A model generated the notes under the pieces. It worked only from the letters and a program-made list of their open reading frames with translations. It was not told where the DNA came from and searched no databases. The position numbers and the translations under genes were made by a program. Below, piece by piece: positions 1 to 15,300 of a stretch of DNA of 64,000 nucleotides (the stretch's first letter is position 1; the number at the start of each line of letters is the position of its first letter). The DNA is from the human T2T-CHM13v2.0 reference genome, Homo sapiens: NCBI RefSeq assembly GCF_009914755.1, contig NC_060931.1, one strand, 5' to 3'.

Positions 1-289
1 CATAGCTAAAAGAGCTGAAGCAGGTGCCTTTGACCTCCCTATGTAGCCTCTTTCAGTACAGTCTTTGAAGTAAAATATTCTAGACTAGTTGTCCTGAGTG
101 TAACAAAGATTCCAGGTCTAGTCTAGGGCCACAGAACTTATGTGGGTGAAGTAGACATGGGATCCCATGACCCTGCCCACTTAGCCTCCTCCTCCAGCTT
201 CATGGTGATCCTTGACTTAGGACCCTGAGGGCTCCATCGGGCACATTTCAAAAATCAGAGTTAAATTATTCTCTACCTCTTTATTAGTC

Positions 290-622
290 TGGCCTCTCAC
301 ACAATCACAAGAATGGTCTTTTGAACATGGATACTATTACATACTTCAGATGACTTAAGAACCCTCAGTAGTTTCCCACTGGACTTCTTTTAGGCAAATT
401 TCTTGGCCTTTGACATTAAACCCTAACATCTGGCCTCTGCTTGCTTTTCCAGCCTCTTCCACTTCCCTTCCAAGCACTCTATGATCCAAGTGCTTGATAC
501 ATACTATTCCCTGAAATTTTGTGCCTTATTGCATGGTGTTCTCTGCCTGGAAAACCCTACCTCCCACCACTAGGAAACAAAAAGTCTCAGCTCAAGAAAT
601 ACCTCTGAGAAGTCTTCCCTGC
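290..622 (+). mobile_element. L2 LINE fragment (old)
   Basis: Degenerate L2 3'-region phrases (gttctctgcctggaaaaccct, tctcagctcaa, gaagtcttccctg). Confidence 0.5.
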
Positions 623-625
623 CCA

Positions 626-1022
626 TGTATGTCTTTTCAGGCTGCCATAACAAAATATCACATACCTGGTAGTTTAAACAGAAATGTACTTTCTTCCAGT
701 TCTAGAGGCTGGAAAGTTCGAGATCAGGTGCCAACATGGTTGAGTTCTGGTGAGGTCTCTCTTCCTGGCTTACAGACGGCTGCCTTCTCACCACGTGCTC
801 ACATGGCCTTTCCTTGGTGTGTGTGGGTGTGTGTGTGTGTGTCTGGAGAGGAAGAGATCTCTCTCCCTTTTCTTATAAGGTCACCTATTCCAATGGATTG
901 TGACGTTCACCTTGTGACATCTTTTAACTTTACTTCTTAAAAGCCCCTGCTCCAAATACAGTCACATTAGGAGTTTGAGCTTCAGCATATGACTTTGAGG
1001 AAACACAGTTCAGCCCACAGCA
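626..1022 (-). mobile_element. MLT1A-type MaLR solo LTR
   Basis: ggctgccataacaaaatatcac...ttctagaggctggaaagttcgagatc...tccaaatacagtcacatt...ttcagcccacagca. Confidence 0.75.
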
Positions 1023-1487
1023 CCCCCTTCCCCTGCTTCCACATACCCCCAAGTTGTTAGGAATCATTTTCCTTTTTATCACCTTGTATACTTACAGAAA
1101 GCCAGGAGATAAATACCCAGACCTCATTCTTCATCACTCTGATTTTCTGCTGGCACCTCCCATTGTCCCATTGCCAGTGACAAGGGATCCCACAGGTGTA
1201 GTCCTTAAGGATCAGCCTTCTGGGAAATAGCACAGAGTACTGAGGCATGGAGAATGAATCTGGAGAGGTGAATGGAAGATGCCGGATCAAGGTGTATCAC
1301 CATAGTTGCAGGAGACTAAAAATTAATTATTAGGAATTTAGAGTGAACTTGTAACTTAACTAGTCTAACCTCATTTTACAGATCAAAGACCTAAACCAAA
1401 GGAAGTTAAAATGACTTGTTTGAGCCCATGAGTTATTAATAATATAATTTGTGAATGATTTCTATGTGTCACACACCAGTAAGCACT

Positions 1488-2390
<903 letters not shown>

Positions 2391-5300
2391 AGCACTGTAT
2401 GTACCTGATTGTACCTAATCCTCCTAATATTTATTTTATTATGTATGAGAAATCAAAGACGTAGGAAAGTTAAATAACTTACTAAAGTTATGGCTTATAG
2501 ATGGCAGAGCTGAATTTGAACTCAGAGTTTTCCAAAACCTTTCTCCATGGCAGAGTAGATATTAGAATGCACATTTTTCACTCTCAGGGCCAGTGAACTT
2601 TGAACTGCACCAGGCTGTCGCCTCTGAAGTGTGATTGTTGTGACACAGACATCCTTGTGGACAAAGGTGTACTTTTACTGTGAGCTCTCTCCTTTTTCAG
2701 TGTGCCCATGATTACAACAGTAGAGGAAAATAAAAGGTTCAGGAAGCCTAATAATGACCCAATAAGAAACACTATCTGCTGGGAATGCTTTCAAGTAATA
2801 TATAGAGATAAAGAGTGTTTATTGAAATGTATGACACAGACCCAAGGTTTCCAGGAGTTTATAGCCAGTTATTTCACATTGAAGGTATAATTAATATAAT
2901 TGCAACCATGTCATTTATCATATTAAGTAACAGAATTATTGTTTTGCTTTACCTTTGTTAAAGTCTCCTAATAAAACAGTTGCATTTTATTAAAAATGCG
3001 TTACTTGATTATAACATACATCTGTTCAGAATTTCTGATTGATTTAGAGCTGGGTGAAAACTAAAAATTCCCTACCATAAATGGATTAATACTTGTGTTG
3101 AATTCTGTCACAGAGGCCCACACTTAAATCCATATATGTATATCCCTGTTACAAAAGGGCAGCTTCCAACCCTTTTAAATTATGGTTTGTAGCAATGCCA
3201 TGGCCGTGCTTTTAAATCACTGTGAATGCTGGCAGCATGTCAAAGCACTCTAGTTTCTACTGCTTGCCTTGGAAAAATAGTAAGTTTTACAAATAGTGAT
3301 ACAAAAAAATTTCTTTTGGGAGAATAAAGGATAGTTTCTTGATTTTTTTCAGCTTGAAAATGTAAATATGTTTATTTGTCTGAGGCAATACTTTTGGTAG
3401 TTTTGTTCTTGCATTCGCTCTCCCAGGCTCGCTCTTTCTCTCTCTCTCACTCCTTCCCTCCCCCTCGCTCCTCCCTTTCCTCCATACATATTAATGTTTG
3501 CATATATATGTGTTAATGGTGCTAAATTCTTTTTGTACAAACAACTTTTTATACAAATAACCCTCCTCCATCCCCACACCTTAGAGCTTCCCAATCTGCC
3601 AATCCACCTTTGCACCTTTTTAAAAGAATCATGAAAAAGACTTTTAAACTAACTTAATTCTGAATCCCCTTCCCTTTTTTTCCCCATAGAACTTTTCTTA
3701 ACATCCTATGGAGAATCTGGAGAGAGAACTGCTCAATAGGACAGTTTAGAAAATTTAGAGGTTTGAAAACTGTGTTAAATATGGGAACTGATTTATATAC
3801 TCTCTTAAAACTATCAACTCAGTATAGCACAAATAAATAAACAAGCTGTTTAAATCTATATATATCATCAGAAGTTACTTATGGATCATCTGATGAAAGA
3901 TAATCCACACACCGTGCAAACAGCCCCTTGCACATGGGTATTGTGCTCACCCATACTCTGTTTGTGTTTTTGTTTTAGGTTTGTATAAAACCACGTTTTT
4001 AAAGTTCTTCATTTTCTTAAGGGTAGAATCTGGGTTAGTTTAGGCTGAAATTGAATATGTGATAAACGTCCCACTTATTCTCAGGCCGCTCTTGGATAAC
4101 AAGATCACAGTGGCATCCTTTTCTTCTCCAATTCCACAACAAGGTTTTTCTTTTAATAAATGTATTGGATTGCTTCCAAATGACTTTGAAAGTTTTTATA
4201 GGTATTTCTAAAAGTAAAATGTTTTAGTTTAAATGTGGGAGACTCAAATATAAAACACTGTAGATTAGAACTCTAAGAAAAATATTTTTAAAACCTAAAA
4301 CTAGGTAAGTGGTAATAGCACAGATTTCCACAATAGATAGCTCCTGGCACCTGGTGCTGATTTTATAGTATGTTTTCTTGCAGAGTAGTTTGTAGCTGGC
4401 TCTTCTCCTTGTAGAAATGGAGCTCCAGTGTAAGGCTTCTGGAAGGGATGTGGTCATCCCAACTGTTTTAATGATGACAGCTCTAGTTGAAGAGCCATCC
4501 CACCCTTCTTGGGTCACATTCTTACCAAGGACTCTGTCACCACAATTCACCACATTGGAGGATGCAGATGAGGCTTTTAATATAGTCATGATTTTTAAAA
4601 TTATAACAAATCAATCATAGGTTTTCTCTACTTAGGAAACTGAAAATTATATGGCATAGTATGACTTCTTAGGTATTTCTTTTTTCTTACCACTAGCGTT
4701 ATTGGTATGTTGTTTTAACCTGATTTTACTCACTTATTAACAAAGGTATGTTGGGTGGTTAAAGGCATTGATAGAAAAGCAGAGGCTTCCTGAGATTGTG
4801 AATTCTTCTAATTGTCAAGACAAATAATAATTTAAAAAAATACAGAGCTGGTTCTTCTATAATTAGTAAATTTAACTCTTTATATTTAACACTTTCACAG
4901 TAAATATAACTTTTTTAACCAAGCCACAGCTCACCATAGTTTATTCATGCTTCAGAAATCATCAGGCTTTATTTCACTTGTATCTTTTATTATTTATCTT
5001 TCAGATTCTAAAATCTGACCCTTATTTTGTGGTATTCATGTTGTACTGGTGTAGAACATAGATTGTAAAAATTTCCAAAGTCCAGTGTTTATTATACGGC
5101 CTCGATCCTTTAAGATACCACTTTGCTAATTATTGGGATGCATGCTGTAGCTCACAGCCATATAAGGATCTATTTAGCTATATTAAGAACTAAATTCCCA
5201 CTCCACCTTCTTCCCCCCTCAGGAAGGTATAATTTTAAACTTGAACCAAAAGCAGTGTGATAGTTTTATAAATAATTACATTGTTTTTGTTAACCAAAGA

Positions 5301-5487
5301 GTAAAAGTAAAGAACATGCTGTAGTAGGATAACTTGCTGCTTTCCACTAGATGGGAGTATGAGATAACCAGATGTTAGAAAGATTATTTTATAGCTGAAC
5401 TAGCATATGCAAATTCTTCAACAAATTCTTACCAAATAAAGATTTCTGACTAGTGTGCACAAGGAAAGCAATTTGCCTCTTCACCAC

Positions 5488-5490
<3 letters not shown>

Positions 5491-5527
<37 letters not shown>

Positions 5528-5532
5528 GTCTC
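5491..5532. repeat. (TC)n microsatellite
   Basis: 15 perfect TC units plus a degenerate extension. Confidence 0.95.
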
Positions 5533-6745
5533 GGAATATACAAGTCAAATCTAATATTTTCAGTTTGCATACTGAAAAGTATTTTAAGAAAATTCAGAAT
5601 ACAACAAACTAAAATCTATAATTAATAATGTATTATTTGGCAATGAGATACATTTGGGTTTTTAGTTGTTTTTTCTGTTTCTGATGTAGATAAATTCCAT
5701 GATTTATATTAATTTTAAATTTAGAAAACTTAGTAAATTCTTCTTAATGCTAATTAATACATTGCATTTCTCTGTGGTCATAGCATCTGTGAATAGCAAC
5801 AGTTTAGTTTTTTTCTTTCTGATGAATTCTTGTAACTTTTCACACTGCTCTGATTAGTACCTTCAGAACCATATGATTAGAATTGGTGATAGCAAGGTTG
5901 CTTTCTTGCTTCACATCTTAAAACTAATGCAGTAAGTATGATCTATGCTGAGTGTCTGGGTTTGTTCCCCCCATGCCTCATCCTCTAGGAACTCTTTCTA
6001 GAATAGTTTCTATTTCCTTTTACTAGTTTCTGCTATTCTCTTTATTTTCCTTCCTTTTACTTCAGGCTTATTATGCCTTTTTCCTAACTTCCTGAGTTGA
6101 ACACTTAGTACTTTATTTTTTCCTTTTTTCTAATTTGAGTGTTTTAAACTATAAATTATTTAGTTATCTAGTTACTTCAACATGCATTCTTAGCCTAATT
6201 GTATCTAATGTTAATCCATGTTTATATAGACTGAACAATGTAAGTATCTTTAGAATGTGTTTTACAACACTCAGATCGCCACTCTTATTGTTATGTTGTC
6301 GTTGCCATGTATATTGCTTCCAGCTTAAATTTTTAACACCACTCCCTACTCCTCTGTTTTTCTCTGTCACCTTTTCCAGCTTCTTTTCCTCTACTAGACT
6401 CTTTCTTGAGTCCTTACTTTTTCCCTCTACATTTTTGCCAACAGGCACAGATGATCTCTTTAACTCATATTCATTATATATTGTTCCCTGACCACCAAAT
6501 TTATATTTCCTACCAGGCTACAGTTTTTAACATGAGAGTTATAGATCCTACACTCTGTGATATCTTTACCTTGTCTCACAGGCATATCAAATTTATCAGT
6601 GGTTTCATTTTGGAGACTTCCATCAACCTTCCCCACTCCATACTGCAAAACTGTTCATCTTTTGAATATACTATCTTAATAAATTATATTCATTCTACTA
6701 ATTTACTCATCCCAGAAACTTGGTTTTATTTTTCAAGAGACTGAG

Positions 6746-9076
6746 TGTATTAGTCTGCTCTCAGTTAGTCAAGACATACCCAAGACTGGGTAATTTATAA
6801 AGGAAAGAGCTTTAATTGACTCACAGTTCAGCATGGCTGGGAAGTCCTCAGGAAACTTACCATTGTGGCAAAAGAGGAAGCAAACACATCCTTCTTCACA
6901 TGGTGGCAGCAAGAAGTGCCTAGCAAAAGGGAGAAAAGCCCCTTATAAAACCATTAGCTCTCATGAGAACTCACTCACCATCACGAGAACAGCATGAGGG
7001 TAACAGGCCCCATGATTCAGTTACCTCCCACCATGTCCCTCCCACAACACGTGGGGATTATGGGAAATACAATTCAAGATGAGATTTGGGTGGGGACACA
7101 GCCAAACCATATCATTCTGCCCCAGCCCCTCCCAAATCTCATGTCCTCACATTTCAAAACACAATTATGCCCTTCCAACAGTCCCCCAAAGTCTTAACTC
7201 ACTCCAGCATTAACTCAAAAGTCCAAGTCCAAAGTCTCATCTGAGACCAGGCAAGTCCCTTCTGCCTGTGAGCCAGTAAAATTAAAAGCAAGTTAGTTAC
7301 TTCCTAGATACAATGAGGGTACAGGCATTGGGTAAATACAGCCATTCCAAATGGGAGAAATTGGCCAAAAGAAAGGGGCTACAGGCCCTATGGGAGATCA
7401 AAATCCAATAGGGCAGTCATTAAACGTTAAAATTCCAAAATGTCCTTTGACTTCATGTCTCACATCCAGGGTGTGCTAATGCAAAAAAGGTGGGTTCCCA
7501 TGGCCTTGGGCAACTCCGCCCCTGTGGCTTTGCAAGGTACAGTCCCACTCCCAGCTGCTTTCATTGGCTGGCATTGAGTGCCTGCAGCTGTCCTTGGATC
7601 TCCCATTCTGGGGTCTGGAGGATGGTGGCCCTCTTCTCACAGCTCCACTAGGCAGTGCCCTTGTGGGGACTCTGTGTGGGGGCTCCAACCCCACATTTCC
7701 CTTCCACACTACCCTAGCAGTGGTTCTCCATGAGGGCTCTGCCCCTGCAATAAACTTCTGCTTGGACATTCAGGCATTTTCATACATCCTCTGAAATCTA
7801 GGCAGAGGTTCCCAAACATCAGTTGTTGTCTTCTGCATACCTGCAGGACCAACACCGTATGGAAGCTGCCAAGGCTTGGGGCTTGCACCCTCTGAAGCAA
7901 TGGGCCAAGCTATACCTTGGCCCCTTTTAGCCACCACTGGAGCTGAAGAAGCTGGGATGCAGGGCAGCATGTCCCAAGGCTGCACAGAGCAAGGGATCCC
8001 TGGGCGTGGTCCACGACAGCATTTTTCCCTCCTAGGCCTCCAGGCCTGTGATGGGAGGGGCTGCTGTGAAGCTCTCTGACATGCCCTGGAGACATTTTCT
8101 CCATTGTCTTGGTGATTAACATCCGGGCACCTTGTTACTTATGCAAATTTCTGCAGCGGGCTTGAATCCCTCCCCAGAAAATAACTTTTTCTTTTGTATC
8201 GCATTGTCAGGCTGCAAATTTTTCAAACTTTTATCCTCCGTCACCTCTTGAATGCTTTGCTGCTTAAAAATTTCTTCCACCAGACAACCTAAATCATCTC
8301 TCTCAAGTTCAAAGTTTTGCCCCTGCCTACAGATTCTAGGGCAGGGGCAAAATGCCACCAGTCTCTTTGAATAGCCAGAGTGGCCTTTACATCAGCTCCC
8401 AACAAGTTCCTCATCTCTATCTGAGACCACCTCAGCCTGGACTTCATTGTCCATATCACTATCAGCATTTTGGTAAAACTCATTCAACAAGTCTCTAGGA
8501 AGTTCGAAACTTTCCCACATCTTCCTGTCTTCTGAGCCCTCCAAGTCTCTAGGAATTTCCAAACTTTCTCACATCAACCTGTCTTCTTAGCCCTCCAGAC
8601 TGTTCTAACCTCTAGCTATTACCCAGTTCCAAAATCACTTCCACATTTTCAGGTATCCTTATGGCAGCACCACACCCTTTAAAGTACCAGTTTACTGTAT
8701 TTATTAGTCTATTCTCATGGTGCTAATAAAGACATACCTGAGACTGAGTAATTTATTTATAAAGGAAAGAGATTTAATTGACTTACAGTTCAGCATGGCT
8801 GAGGAGGCCTCAGGAAACTTACAAACATGGTGGAACGCAAAGCAAACATGTTCTTTACATTGTGGCAGCAAGGAGAAGTGCCGAGCAAAAGGGGAAAAAG
8901 TCCCTTATAAAACCATCAGCTCTCAAGAGAACTCAATCACTATCATGAGAATAGCATGAGGGTAACAGCCCTCATGATTCAATTACCTCCTACCACATCT
9001 CTCCCACAACACATGGGGATTATGGGAACTACGATTCAAGATGAAATTTGGGTGGGGTCACAGCCAAACCATATCA
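6746..9076 (-). mobile_element. Full-length THE1 (C/D-like) MaLR provirus: LTR 8696-9076, internal region 7115-8695, LTR 6746-7114
   Basis: Two ~370-380 bp LTRs with TG...CA ends flank a THE1-int sequence. Perfect 5-bp TSD CTGAG at 6741-6745 and 9077-9081. Confidence 0.93.
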
Positions 9077-9081
9077 CTGAG

Positions 9082-10024
9082 CCTTCCCTTTGCCATCACT
9101 ATGTCCAAATAAACCACTAAGTTTAGTCAGTTTTTTGTTCAAGGAGACCTCAAATTTCTTCCTTTCTTTTCATCTCCACTGTTGAATACTCTAATCCAAG
9201 CCATAGCATATTTTACCTGGACCACAACAATAACCCTCCAAGATGTAAATTCCATTTGTGAAGTAGTGGCAGCATCCTGTTATTTAGAACCATGCCATTG
9301 CAAACTGGATGCATAATTAACATGTTAGCTTGTCTCCCTATTGCCAGTTATGTTTCACCCCTAATCCATTTACCACATGGCAGATATTGTGATATTTAAA
9401 ATTACAGATCTGATCATTTTATTCCATTACCAAAAAGCCTTTGCTGCTTCCTGATTGCTCTTATGATGAAGCCCAAATTCCTTAATGTGTTCTATGAGCC
9501 CCTGCATGACTTCATGCCTACCTCTCCAGTCTTATCACCCTCCTATTGACTCATCTTCCTACAGTCATACCAACCTCCCCTGGTTATGACACCTAAGGGG
9601 ACAATTTCTTTCCTAATTCAGGACCACTGAAGGTATTCCTCTTTATACCCAATACTAGAGACTTTTCTTTCCTTTTCTCCTCCCCAGATACACACCCACA
9701 TACACAGTTTACACCTATGTTTCATACATCGTCCAGATCTCAACCTAAATATCATCTTCTTATGGGGTCCCTTCTTCACGAGTTTGAAGTCCAAATTACA
9801 CCCTCTCAAGGGACCCTATACTTTCTTTCCTATCACAAATGAAATTTTCTCTGTGTATGTGTGTGTGTGTGATTATTTAATGTCTATCTCCCACCAGAGA
9901 GTAAGTTCTAGAAATCAGAGACTAGGCCCCTTTTTTTTTTTTTTTTTTTTAAGCACTATGTCCTAGTGTCAAGTACATTGCTTGGCACATGGGCACTCGT
10001 GTATGTTGCATGAATGAATGAATG
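9082..10024 (+). mobile_element. L2 LINE 3' portion (continues left of the THE1 at ~6400-6740)
   Basis: Ends in the L2 terminus ...tggcacatgggcactc...tgaatgaatgaatg. Confidence 0.65.
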
Positions 10025-10788
10025 TCTGTGTGCCAGACCAGAGTGAAGAAGAGAACATTGTCCTTGAACTATAAGAAACACCATGATGGCAGAGAGCACA
10101 TGGTAGGTGGCAATAAGTGTTTGAAGAAATAAAATAAGGGAAGGAAAGAGAAAGGAAAAACAAAGGGAAGGAAATGGAGGGCAAAAGAAATTGAGAAAAA
10201 AATGAGAAAGGCTGTAAACCTAAATCTAGGATTATAGTCTTTGATGGGAAAAGTTTCCCTGTCTCTCACTAAAAAAACAAACAAACAAGAAACCTTGGAT
10301 AATAGCTATAAAATGTTAACATGCAATAAAGTACAAAGCCTCTTGCTTAAATAAGGAAACATATAATTTTTGTGGTTTTATTTAATTCATTTCTTTTTAT
10401 TATTTATTTTATTCACTATTGGGTGACAGCATAAGGAATATCAGATGGGGTTACACTCAGACATGTCCCTTTAAGTGTGCACTTTTTAATCAGTCTTTTT
10501 TTTTAATGGTACAATTGAAGATGTCTATTATTGGGGCCATCACCACTTCTTTCAGTGAATTCATTGAAAAAATCTTGGTTGGTTTTGATAAAAATCAAAT
10601 GAATAATTGCTTCTCGTTATCATATCAGAAATGCAGATGCACGTTTGGTTGACAAAACACACTGAATTTGTTAAAATACTTACTTAGAAAATTCAGTTGA
10701 AACGTTATGGTACCATCTAAATCACAAAACTTAATTCAGTAATTTCCAAAAATACATTATTAGTGACTGATAATTCTGCTGCTTTCCT

Positions 10789-11786
10789 CTTTTTTTCACC
10801 TTCCATTTTAGGTTCAGAATGTACCTGTGCAGTGCAGGTGTTTTACATGGGTAAATTGCATGTTACTGAGGCTTGGGTTATAAATGATCCCATCACCCAG
10901 GTAGTGACCATAGTACCTGAGAGTTAGCTTTTCAAACGTTTCTCCCTCTCACCCTCCCCACTCTAATATTCCCTAGTGTCTGTTAGTTCCATCTTTGTGT
11001 CCATGTGTACTCAATATTTAGCTCCCACTTATAAGTGAGAATATGTGGTATTTGGTTTTCCTTTCCTGTATTAATTCACTTAAGATAATGACTTCCAGCT
11101 GCATTCATTTTGCTTCAAAGGACATGATTTCATTCTTTTTTTATGGCTGCATAGTATTCTATGGTGAATATGTTCCACATTTTCTTTATCCAGTCTACCA
11201 TTGATGGGCGTCTAGGTTGATTCCACCATGTCTTTTCTATTGTGAATACTACTGTGATAAACATACGGGTGCATTGTCCTTTTGGTGGAACAATGCATTT
11301 TCCTTTGGGATTGCTGGGTTGAATGATAGTTCTAAGTTCTTTGAGAAATCTCCAAACTGCTTTCCACAGTGGCTGAACTAATTTACATTCTCACCAACAG
11401 TGTATAAGCATTCCCTTTTCTCCGCAACATCTGTTATTTTTTGACTTTTTAGTAATAGCTATTCCGACTGATGGAAGATGGCATCTCATCATCGTTTTGA
11501 TTTGCATTCCTTAATGATTAGTGATATTGAGCATGTTTTCATATATTTTTTGGCCATATGTATATCTTCTTTTGAGAAATATCTGTTCATGTCCTTTGCC
11601 CATTTTTTAATGGGGTTGTCTTTTGCTTGTTGAATTGTTCCTTATAGATTCTGAATATTAGACCTTTGTCAGTTGCAGGATTTGCAAATATTTTCTTCCA
11701 TTCTATAGGTTGTCTGTTTGTCCTGTTGCCAGTTTCTTTTGCTTTGTAGAAGCTCTTCAGTTTAATTGGGTCCCTCTTTCAATTTT
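10789..11786 (-). mobile_element. L1PA13-16-like 3' fragment (3' UTR and ORF2 end)
   Basis: Antisense L1 3' UTR (catgggtaaattgcatg, gctcccacttataagtgagaatatg) and ORF2 C-terminal sequence. Confidence 0.85.
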
Positions 11787-12002
11787 TACAACCTAGCTTT
11801 TAAAAGCCTTATCAAGCAAAGTCGTGTTTTGTTTCCTTCTTGCTTAAATATATGGATACTTATTCTCCCTCCTAAAAAAGGACTTGCCTTTGCATACCAT
11901 GATATAGAATAGGCCTAAAAGTATTTTATGAACTATAAATGTATGAACATAAATATCAATTAGGTACAATTAATCATTTTCTACTTATTTTCAAAATTAT
12001 AG

Positions 12003-12255
12003 AAAAATATGTCGTAACTGCAAGTGTGGCCAAGAAGAGCATGATGTCCTCTTGAGCAATGAAGAGGATCGAAAAGTGGGAAAACTTTTTGAAGACACCA
12101 AGTATACCACTCTGATTGCAAAACTAAAGTCAGATGGAATTCCCATGTATAAACGCAATGTTATGATATTGACGAATCCAGTTGCTGCCAAGAAGAATGT
12201 CTCCATCAATACAGTTACCTATGAGTGGGCTCCTCCTGTCCAGAATCAAGCATTG
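12003..12255 (+). CDS. TES: TES coding exon 3 (253 bp; end of Cys-rich region and start of PET domain, (R)[13 protein letters not shown]...VQNQAL)
   Basis: AG acceptor at 12001-12002 and GT donor at 12256 (TTG|GTAAAT). Translation matches testin and overlaps track ORF 12052..12333. Confidence 0.97.
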
Positions 12256-13143
12256 GTAAATGATATGGAACAGAGAGTTTCTTTATTGAAGTTCCTGGAG
12301 TATTTATTTGGGGCAGTTTCTTTGATGACCTAATCAACTTCACACATCCCAGATCTGTTATTCTTCCGGGGTTCTCATTACTTTGACTTCTGATTCCTGT
12401 TCTAGTCTTTTGAATGTAAGACTAGATACTTCATAAAATTTTTCCAACTCCCTAGATATGTTTACCTTTTTGAGGGAATGGTCTAACGTTCTTAATAATT
12501 AGATGGAAATCAGATGTTTTATATCAATCTAGTAACTCTTCTAGCTTAGTCTTGAGAGGATTTATCTTAAGATGGTAAAGAAGAGAATTTTTGTCATAGT
12601 TTAGAACTGAAAAAAATATTCAACATTATCTTTGTGTTTTTTTCATTTCCTTTATTAATACTATATAAGACCAAAAAGATCACAGTTTTATATCAAGCTC
12701 CTTCCACTATTATAACAACCAAATGAAACATTTGGAAGTCTTTTAAGGTTAGTTAAATCATTAAAGTGAATTTTGCGATATCATTTTTTATGTAATAAAA
12801 ATGTTCCTGGTCCTACAGACCATTCCAAACATGTCTGCCTAAAAGTTTATGTTTTCTTTCAATTGTACATTTGTTTATTTAGCTTAAGTAAACAGTAGTA
12901 ACTCAGATCTTACAAACTGAAAAAATATATAATTTCATGGAGAGAAAGTGTTACTTTTTACCCAACTAAATCTATTTAGTGTACCGTTTTTGAGTTTTAA
13001 CTTCTTAATATACTGTGAGGGTGAGTTGCTGCTATTGGATAGAACCCACTTCTTTCTTAAGTAACTTGCTTCTGATGTGTGTTATGAAACATCACACTGC
13101 CTAATGGCCAATCCCAGTTAACATTGGCCTCCTTGTGGTTCAG

Positions 13144-13479
13144 GCCAGGCAGTACATGCAGATGCTACCCAAGGAAAAGCAGCCAGTAGCAGGCTCAGAG
13201 GGGGCACAGTACCGGAAGAAGCAGCTGGCAAAGCAGCTCCCTGCACATGACCAGGACCCTTCAAAGTGCCATGAGTTGTCTCCCAGAGAGGTGAAGGAGA
13301 TGGAGCAGTTTGTGAAGAAATATAAGAGCGAAGCTCTGGGAGTAGGAGATGTCAAACTTCCCTGTGAGATGGATGCCCAAGGCCCCAAACAAATGAACAT
13401 TCCTGGAGGGGATAGAAGCACCCCAGCAGCAGTGGGGGCCATGGAGGACAAATCTGCTGAGCACAAAAGAACTCAATAT
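13144..13479 (+). CDS. TES: TES coding exon 4 (336 bp; PET domain and linker, [20 protein letters not shown]...KRTQY)
   Basis: TTCAG|GCC acceptor and TAT|GTAAGT donor, phase 0-0. Contains the PET-type segment [15 protein letters not shown]. Confidence 0.97.
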
Positions 13480-14383
13480 GTAAGTAGAGTGGTCACACTG
13501 TTAGCCTGATTTGTATACTTTACAGAATTTTTTTCCCTTACTTTGAACTTTTTTGGGGACTATTCCTCTGAGTTTCCAAAAGGGAATAAGTATGGGGAAT
13601 AAATAGGATTTAGATTCAGTTTAGACTTCCCACAGAGGGTCATCGTGTTTGAAACTTCTGTCTAAAGCCAAATTTTCTATGTATTTATTATCAAGGATAA
13701 TTGTGGATAGTGAGTTTTATGTACAGACAGTAGTTGGTATTGGCATGCTGATCAAAGACAGCATTATTATTCTATAGTCTGTTTCTAATCATAATGTTGG
13801 TATTAATTGCTTATCTCTGCTGCCCATAAATAGGAATATATGCTTAGGTTAATTCAGTTTTGCTTGTGAGAACGTGCCTAAAATTCAAACTTAAATTTAA
13901 TTTTTGTGGATATATAGTGAAGCTTTTTTTTAAGTCTCTTCTAAAGGGAGAAATTGAAGTATTTTGCTAATGACTTGATGGTAGGAGGCAATTATGACAC
14001 AGATGAACAGACATAAGAACTAAACCTGCTGTAATATATTCCTCATAGCTCCAGTTAGCACACCAACCAATAAGGCTTAGTCCTGAAAAAAGAGCACTAA
14101 TAAGCCCTGAGGTGATAGTTTTAGAGAATCTACTTAAAATTGACCTGAAAATTACTATTTTCCTTTTTCCATAAGTGACCTTAATTCAGGAAATAATGCC
14201 TGTTACACACAGGGTGAATGAAGTAGATTTGAATAGCCGGGAGAAAGCTGAGATTCCATTTCACAGAATTATTAATACGTTATTATCTACATCGACAAAT
14301 TTGTAATTTCAGTAGAAATTATGTCTCTTCAAAGTTGTTTCTCTGAATTTCTACTGAAGTCAATGATAAGAAATGGCAGTCTT

Positions 14384-14965
<582 letters not shown>

Positions 14966-15300
14966 CTATGGGACCACCGGCATGCTGGTGCCCTCTTAGA
15001 CCCTCATATGGTCCCTTTACCTAGAAGGCAACAAGACTTGACCAAACAGCAGTTGCTCTGTTTACATCCAAAGAAGTTTTAAAAAATAAACTTCTGATAT
15101 CATTCATTCTGTCTGTGTTAATTGGGTTGACAAATGAAAGACTAGAAATATAAAAGATTGATTTAGACTAAACTAAGTGATAGCATAAGTTCAAGCTTTA
15201 GGTTATCATTTTCAAACTTTAGACCCTGAGAAAGTATGTTGTTACAGATATAAATCTCTTATTATATAAAAATCCATCTTTATTTTTATCTTCTTCCTAG

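Noticed and set aside
521-940. 139-aa ORF
   Set aside because: Spans L2 and MLT1 sequence plus a TG repeat, starts at GTG, and has no recognisable domain.
4224-4620. Overlapping 121-aa and 67-aa ORFs in intron 2
   Set aside because: No domain similarity or convincing exon structure; lengths are within chance expectation.
13140-13476. Antisense ORFs over exon 4
   Set aside because: Shadow frames of a GC-richer coding exon.
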